Below, piece after piece: positions 57,860 through 64,000 of a stretch of 64,000 nucleotides of DNA. Below the pieces are notes generated by a model that saw only the letters and a program-made list of their open reading frames with translations, was not told the origin of the DNA and ran no database searches. Numbering within the stretch: the stretch's first letter is position 1; each line of letters opens with the position of its first letter. The translations under genes and the position numbers were made by a program. The DNA is from Eledone cirrhosa (Eukaryota): positions 310,001-374,000 of the forward strand of contig CAXHJY010000860.1 in the NCBI GenBank assembly GCA_964016885.1, read 5' to 3'.

Positions 57860-59345
57860 GGTGGTGGTGGGGTAGGTGTGTTTGTAGTGATAATTGTTGT
57901 TGTGGTGGTGGTGGTTGTGGTCTTATTGTTTGTGGTGGTGTTGGTGGTGGTGGTGGTGGGGTAGGTGTGTTTGTAGTGATAATTGTTGTTGTGGTGGTGG
58001 TTGTGGTCTTATTGTTTGTGGTGGTGTTGGTGGTGGTGTTGGTGGTGGTGGTGGTGGGGTAGGTGTGTTTGTAGTGATAATTGTTGTTGTGGTGGTGGTG
58101 GTTGTGGTCTTATTGTTTGTGGTGGTGTTGGTGGTGGTGTTGGTGGTGGTGGTGGTGGGGTAGGTGTGTTTGTAGTGATAATTGTTGTTGTGGTGGTGGT
58201 GGTTGTGGTCTTATTGTTTGTGGTGGTGTTGGTGGTGGTGTTGGTGGTGGTGGTGGGGTAGGTGTGTTTGTAGTGATAATTGTTGTTGTGGTGGTGGTGG
58301 TTGTGCTCTTATTGTTTGTGGTGGTGTTGGTGGTGGTGTTGGTGGTGGTGGTGGGGTAGGTGTGTTTGTAGTGATAATTGTTGTTGTGGTGGTGGTGGTT
58401 GTGGTCTTATTGTTTGTGGTGGTGTTGGTGGTGGTGGTGGTTGTGTTGTAATGGGGGTGGTTGTGTTGTAGTGATAATTGTTGTTGTGGTGGTGGTGGTT
58501 GTGGTCTTATTGTTTGTGGTGGTGTTGGTGGTGGTGTTGGTGGTGGTGGTGGTGGTGGTGGTGGGGTAGGTGTGTTTGTAGTGATAATTGTTGTTGTGGT
58601 GGTGGTGGTTGTGCTCTTATTGTTTGTGGTGGTGTTGGTGGTGGTGTTGGTGGTGGTGGTGGGGTAGGTGTGTTTGTAGTGATAATTGTTGTTGTGGTGG
58701 TGGTGGTTGTGGTCTTATTGTTTGTGGTGGTGTTGGTGGTGGTGTTGGTGGTGGTGGTGGTGGTGGGGTAGGTGTGTTTGTAGTGATAATTGTTGTTGTG
58801 GTGGTGGTGGTTGTGGTCTTATTGTTTGTGGTGGTGTTGGTGGTGGTGGTGGTGGGGTAGGTGTGTTTGTAGTGATAATTGTTGTTGTGGTGGTGGTGGT
58901 TGTGGTCTTATTGTTTGTGGTGGTGTTGGTGGTGGTGGTGGTGGTGGGGTAGGTGTGTTTGTAGTGATAATTGTTGTTGTGGTGGTGGTGGTTGTGGTCT
59001 TATTGTTTGTGGTGGTGTTGGTGGTGGTGTTGGTGGTGGTGTTGGTGGTGGTGGGGTAGGTGTGTTTGTAGTGAGAATTGTTGTTGCGGTGGTGGTGGTT
59101 GTGGTCTTATTGTTTGTGGTGGTGTTGGTGGTGGTGGTGGTGGTGGTGGTGGTGGGGTAGGTGTGTTTGTAGTGATAATTGTTGTTGTGGTGGTGGTGGT
59201 TGTGGTCTTATTGTTTGTGGTGGTGTTGGTGGTGGTGTTGGTGGTGGTGTTGGTGGTGGTGGGGTAGGTGTGTTTGTAGTGAGAATTGTTGTTGCGGTGG
59301 TGGTGGTTGTGGTCTTATTGTTTGTGGTGGTGTTGGTGGTGGTGG
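57860..59345. repeat. ~90-110 bp G/T-rich minisatellite (~15 copies)
   Basis: ggggtaggtgtgtttgtagtgataattgttgttgtgg...tcttattgtttg repeated. Confidence 0.95.
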
Positions 59346-61200
59346 TGTTGGTGGTGGTGTTGGTGGTTGTAGTGGGGGTGGTTGTGTTGTAGTGGTTGCA
59401 GTCGTGGTTGGTGTTGTAGTGGTGGTGGTTGTAGTGGTTGTAGTTGTGGTGGTGGTTGTAGTTGTGGTGGTGGTTGTAGTGGTGGTGGTTGTAGTAGTGG
59501 TGGTGGTTGTAGTGGTGGTGGTGGTTGTAGTGGTGGTGGTTGTAGTGGTGGTGGTGGTTGTAGTGGTGGTGGTGGTTGTAGTGGTGGTGGTTGTAGTGGT
59601 GGTGGTGGTTGTAGTGGTGGTGGTTGTAGTGGTGGTGGTGGTTGTAGTGGTGGTGGTGGTTGTAGTGGTGGTGGTGCTTGTAGTGGTGGTGGTGGTTGTA
59701 ATGGGGGTGGTTGTGTTGTAGTGGTTTTAGCCGTGGTTGGTGTTGTAGTTGTGGTGGTTGTAGTAGTGGTGGTGGTTGTAGTGGTGGTGGTGGTTGTAGT
59801 GGTGGTGGTTGTAGTGGTGGTGGTGCTTGTAGTTGTGGTGGTTGTAGTAGTGGTGGTGGTTGTGGTCTTATTGTTTGTGCTGATGTTGGTGGTGTTGGTG
59901 GTGGTTGTAGTGGGGGTGGTTGTGTTGTAGTGGTTGCAGCCGTGGTTGGTGTTGTAGTTGTGGTGGTTGTAGTAGTGGTGGTGGTTGTAGTGGTGGTGGT
60001 GGTTGTAGTGGTGGTGGTTGTAGTGGTGGTGGTTGTAGTGGTGGTGGTGCTTGTAGTTGTGGTGGTTGTAGTGGTGGTAGTGGTGGTGGTGGTGGTGGTG
60101 GTGGTTGTAATGGGGGTGGTTGTGTTGTAGTGGTTGCAGCCGTGGTTGGTGTTGTAGTTGTGGTGGTTGTAGTAGTGGTGGTGGTTGTAGTGGTGGTGGT
60201 GGTTGTAGTGGTGGTGGTTGTAGTGGTGGTGGTTGTAGTGGTGGTGGTGCTTGTAGTTGTGGTGGTTGTAGTGGTGGTAGTGGTGGTGGTGGTTGTAATG
60301 GGGGTGGTTGTGTTGTAGTGGTTGCAGCCGTGGTTGGTGTTGTAGTTGTGGTGGTTGTAGTAGTGGTGGTGGTTGTGTTGTAGTGCTTGCGGTCGTGGTT
60401 TGTGTGTTAGTGGTGGTGGTTGTGTTGTAGTGCTTGCGGTCGTGGTTTGTGTGGTAGTGGTGGTGCTGGTGGTTATTGTTGTTGGTGGTGTTGATGGTGG
60501 TGGTGGCGGTGTTTGTGGTAGTAGTGGTTCGTTGGCGGCGGCAGAAGCTTTGATGGTGGTGGTGTTGGTGGCGTTGTTGGTGGTGGTGTTGGTGGTGGCG
60601 GTGGTGGTGTCGGTGGTGGTGGTGGTGGTGGTTTTGGTGGAGGTGGTGTTGGTGCTCGTGTGTGGCTGTGTTGATGGTGGTGGTGATGGTGATGGTGGCG
60701 GTGTTGGTGGTGGCGGTGTTGGTGTTGATGGTGGTGGTGGTGGTGTTGGTGGTGGTGGTGGTGGTGTTGGTGTTGATGGTGTTGGTGGTGGCGTTGTTGA
60801 TGGTGGTGGTGGTGGTGGTGGTGTTGGTGGTGGCGGTGTTGGTGTTGATGGTGGTGGTGGCGGTGTTGGTGTTGATGGTGTTGGTGGCGGTGTTGGTGGT
60901 GGTGGCGGTGTTGGTGATGGTGCTGGTGTTGGTGATGGTGGTGTTGTTGGTGGTGGCGTTGTTGATGGTGGTGGTGGCGGTGTTGGTGTTGATGGTGGTG
61001 GTGGCGGTGTTGGTGTTGATGGTGGTGGTGGCGGTGTTGGTGTTGGTGGTGGCGGTGTTGGTGTTGGTGGTGGCGGTGTTGGTGTTGGTGTTGATGGTGG
61101 TGGTGGCGGTGTTGGTGGTGGTGTTGATGGTGGTGGTGGCGGTGTTGGTGTTGATGGTGGTGGTGGCGGTGGTGGTGCTCGTGTGTGGCTGTATTAGTGG
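59346..61200. repeat. (GGT)n-derived degenerate repeat
   Basis: ggt/gtt/gta/gat triplets. Confidence 0.95.
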
Positions 61201-61414
61201 TCGTGGTGGCGGCAAACAGCAAAAGAGGATTGTGTATTGATAAACTACCCCCCCCCCCCCCAGACATCAGTCACCAGCCCCCCACCCCCCCACACCCCAC
61301 CACCCCACCACACACACGGGTCGTAGTTGAGTGTGGGAGTGGGGGAGGTGCAGAGGGGAGTCTCGAGCAGTGTAGTGCGAGGTAATGTAAGGTTAGGTAG
61401 GGAGGTGTGTATAG

Positions 61415-64000
61415 GGTGGTGCGGTGTGGTGTGGTGTGGTGTGGTGTGGTGTGGTGTAGTGTGGTGTGGTGTGGTGTAGTGTGGTGTGGTGTGGTATAGT
61501 GTGGTGTGTTGTAGTGTAGTGTGGTGTGGTGTGGTGTAGTGTGGTGTAGTGTGGTGTGGTGTAGTATAGTGTGGTGTGGTGTGGTGTGGTATAGTGTGGT
61601 GTGTTGTAGTGTAATGTGGTGTGGTGTGGTGTGGTGTAGTATAGTGTGGTGTCGTGTGGTGTGGTGTAGTATGGTGTGGTGTGGTGTAGTGTGGTGTGGT
61701 GTGGTGTAGTGTGGTGTGATGTAGTATAGTGTGGTGTGGTGTGGTGTGGTGTGGTGTGGTGTGGTATAGTGTGGTGTGTTGTAGTGTAATGTGGTGTGGT
61801 GTAGTGTGGTGTGGTGTAGTATAGTGTGGTGTCGTGTGGTGTGGTGTAGTATGGTGTGGTGTGGTGTAGTGTGGTGTGGTGTGGTGTAGTGTGGTGTGGT
61901 TTAGTGTAGTGTAGTGTAGTGTAATATAGTGTGATGTGGTGTAATATAGTGTGGTGTGGTGTAGTGTGGTGTGGTGTAATATAATGTGGTGTGGTGTAAT
62001 ATAATGTGGTGTGGTGTAATATAGTGTGATGTGGTGTAATATAGTGTGGTGTGGTGTAGTGTGGTGTGGTGTAATATAATGTGGTGTGGTGTAATATAGT
62101 GTGATGTGGTGTAGTGTGGTGTGGTGTAATATAATGTGGTGTGGTGTAATATAGTGTGATGTGGTGTAGTGTGGTGTGGTGTAATATAGTGTGATGTGGT
62201 GTAATATAGTGTGGTGTGGTGTAGTGTGGTGTGGTGTAATATAATGTGGTGTGGTGTAATATAGTGTGGTGTAGTATAGTGTAGTGTGGTGTAGTATAGT
62301 GTGATGTGGTGTAGTGTGGTGTGGTGTAGTATAGTGTGGTGTGGTGTAGTATAGTGTGGTGTGGTGTAGTATAGTGTAGTATAGTATAGTGTAATATAGT
62401 GTGGCGTGGTGTAATATAGTGTGGTGTGGTGTGGTGTGGTGTGGTGTGGTGTGGTGTGGTGTGGTGTAGTGCGGTATGGTGTAGTGTGGTGTGGTGTAGT
62501 ATAGTGTGGTGTGGTGTGGTGTAGTGTAGTGTAGTGGTGTAGTGTAGTGTGTTGTGTTGTAGTGTAGTATAGTGTGGTGTGGTGTAGTGTAGTGTAGTGT
62601 AGTGTGGTGTAGTATAGTGTGGTGTGGTGTAGTATAGTGTGGTGTAGTATAGTGTGGTGTAGTGTAGTGTAGTGTAGTGTAGTGTAGTGTAGTATAGTGT
62701 GGCGTGGTGTAATATAGTGTGGTGTAGTGTGGTGTGATGTAGTGTGGTGTGGTATAGTGTGGTGTGGTGTGGTATAGTGGGGTGAGGTATAGTGGGGTGT
62801 GGTGTGGTGTAGTGTGGTGTGGTGTAGTGTGGTGTGGTGTGGTGTGGTATAGTGTAGTGTGTTGTAGTGTGGTGTGGTGTGGTGTGGTGTAGTGCGGTGT
62901 GGTGTGGTGTAGTGTAGTGTGGTGTGGTGTGGTGTAGTGTGGTGTGGTGTGGTGTGGTGTGGTGTGGTGTGGTGTGGTGTGGTGTGGTGTGGTGTAGTGT
63001 AGTGTGGTGTGGTGTGGTGTGGTGTGGTGTAGTGCGGTGTGGTGTGGTGTGGTGTAATGTAGTGTAGTGTAGTGTGGTGTGGTGTGGTGTAGTGTAGTGT
63101 GGTGTGGTGTGGTGTGGTGTGGTGTGGTGTGGTGTGGTGTGGTGTAGTGTAGTGTGGTGTGGTGTGGTGTGGTGTGGTGTAGTGCGGTGTGGTGTGGTGT
63201 TGTGTGGTGTAGTGCGGTATAGTGCGGTGTGGTGTGGTGTAGTGTATTGTGGTGTGGTGTGGTGTGGTGTGGTGTGGTGTGGTGTGGTGTAGTGTAGTGT
63301 GGTGTGGTGTGGTGTAGAGTATTGTGGTGTGGTGTAGTGTAGTGTGGTGTGGTGTAGTGTAGTGTAGTGTGGTGTGGTGTAGTGTAGTATAGTGTGGCGT
63401 GGTGTAATATAGTGTGGTGTAGTGTGGTGTGATGTAGTGTGGTGTGGTATAGTGTGGTGTGGTGTGGTATAGTGGGGTGAGGTATAGTGGGGTGTGGTGT
63501 GGTGTAGTGTGGTGTGGTGTAGTGTGGTGTGGTGTGGTGTGGTATAGTGTAGTGTGTTGTAGTGTGGTGTGGTGTGGTGTGGTGTGGTGTGGTGTGGTGT
63601 GGTGTGGTGTAGTGTAGTGTAGTGTGGTGTGGTGTGGTGTAGTGTAGTGTAGTGCGGTGTGGTGTGGTGTGGTGTGGTGTAGAGTATTGTGGTGTGGTGT
63701 AGTGTAGTGTGGTATTGTGTAGTGTGGTGTGGTGTAGTGTGGTGTGGTGTGGTGTAGTGTGTTGTGGTGTAGTGTGGTGTGGTGTGGTGTAGTGTGGTGT
63801 GGTGTGGTGTGGTGTAGTGTGTTGTGGTGTAGTGTGGTGTGGTGTGGTGTAGTGTGGTGTGGTGTGGTGTGGTGTAGTGTGTTGTGGTGTAGTGTGGTGT
63901 GGTGTGGTGTAGTGTGGTGTGGTGTGGTGTGGTGTAGTGTGTTGTGGTGTAGTGTGGTGTGGTGTGGTGTAGTGTGGTGTGGTGTGGTGTGGTGTAGTGT
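61415..64000. repeat. (GTGTG/GTGTA)n pentanucleotide satellite, becoming a 60-bp higher-order unit at the end
   Basis: The last lines are identical with a 60-bp period. Confidence 0.97.

Noticed and set aside
59107-61267. Thr/His/Gly/Val-rich ORFs resembling mucin or glycine-rich proteins
   Set aside because: Open in several frames on both strands because of (GGT)n. No unique domain or splice support.

Overview
Eukaryotic (animal) DNA, very probably octopus or another cephalopod (inferred from the SINE types and the extreme (TA)n/(CA)n content). Most of the window is micro- and minisatellite, and almost all ORFs in the track are repeat artefacts. There is no intact protein-coding gene. I find one good candidate host exon (minus strand, 17994-18116) and LINE remnants of three clades (Tx1/L1-like, RTE, CRE-like). 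There are also two tRNA-derived SINE families, often in tandem arrays, and two MITEs. The main signal is a dense population of short non-coding elements sitting in (TA)n tracts. They have fold-back (inverted-arm) architecture and about 20 type I hammerhead ribozyme motifs from at least 9 sequence families, and they resemble Penelope-like element (PLE) ends or retrozymes. Across unrelated families the unpaired 3' tail begins with a shared ACTC...(T/C)GAGT(G/A)C hairpin placed a few nt after the end of the inverted arm. All structures were folded by eye, nothing was computed, and coordinates are approximate to a few nt.
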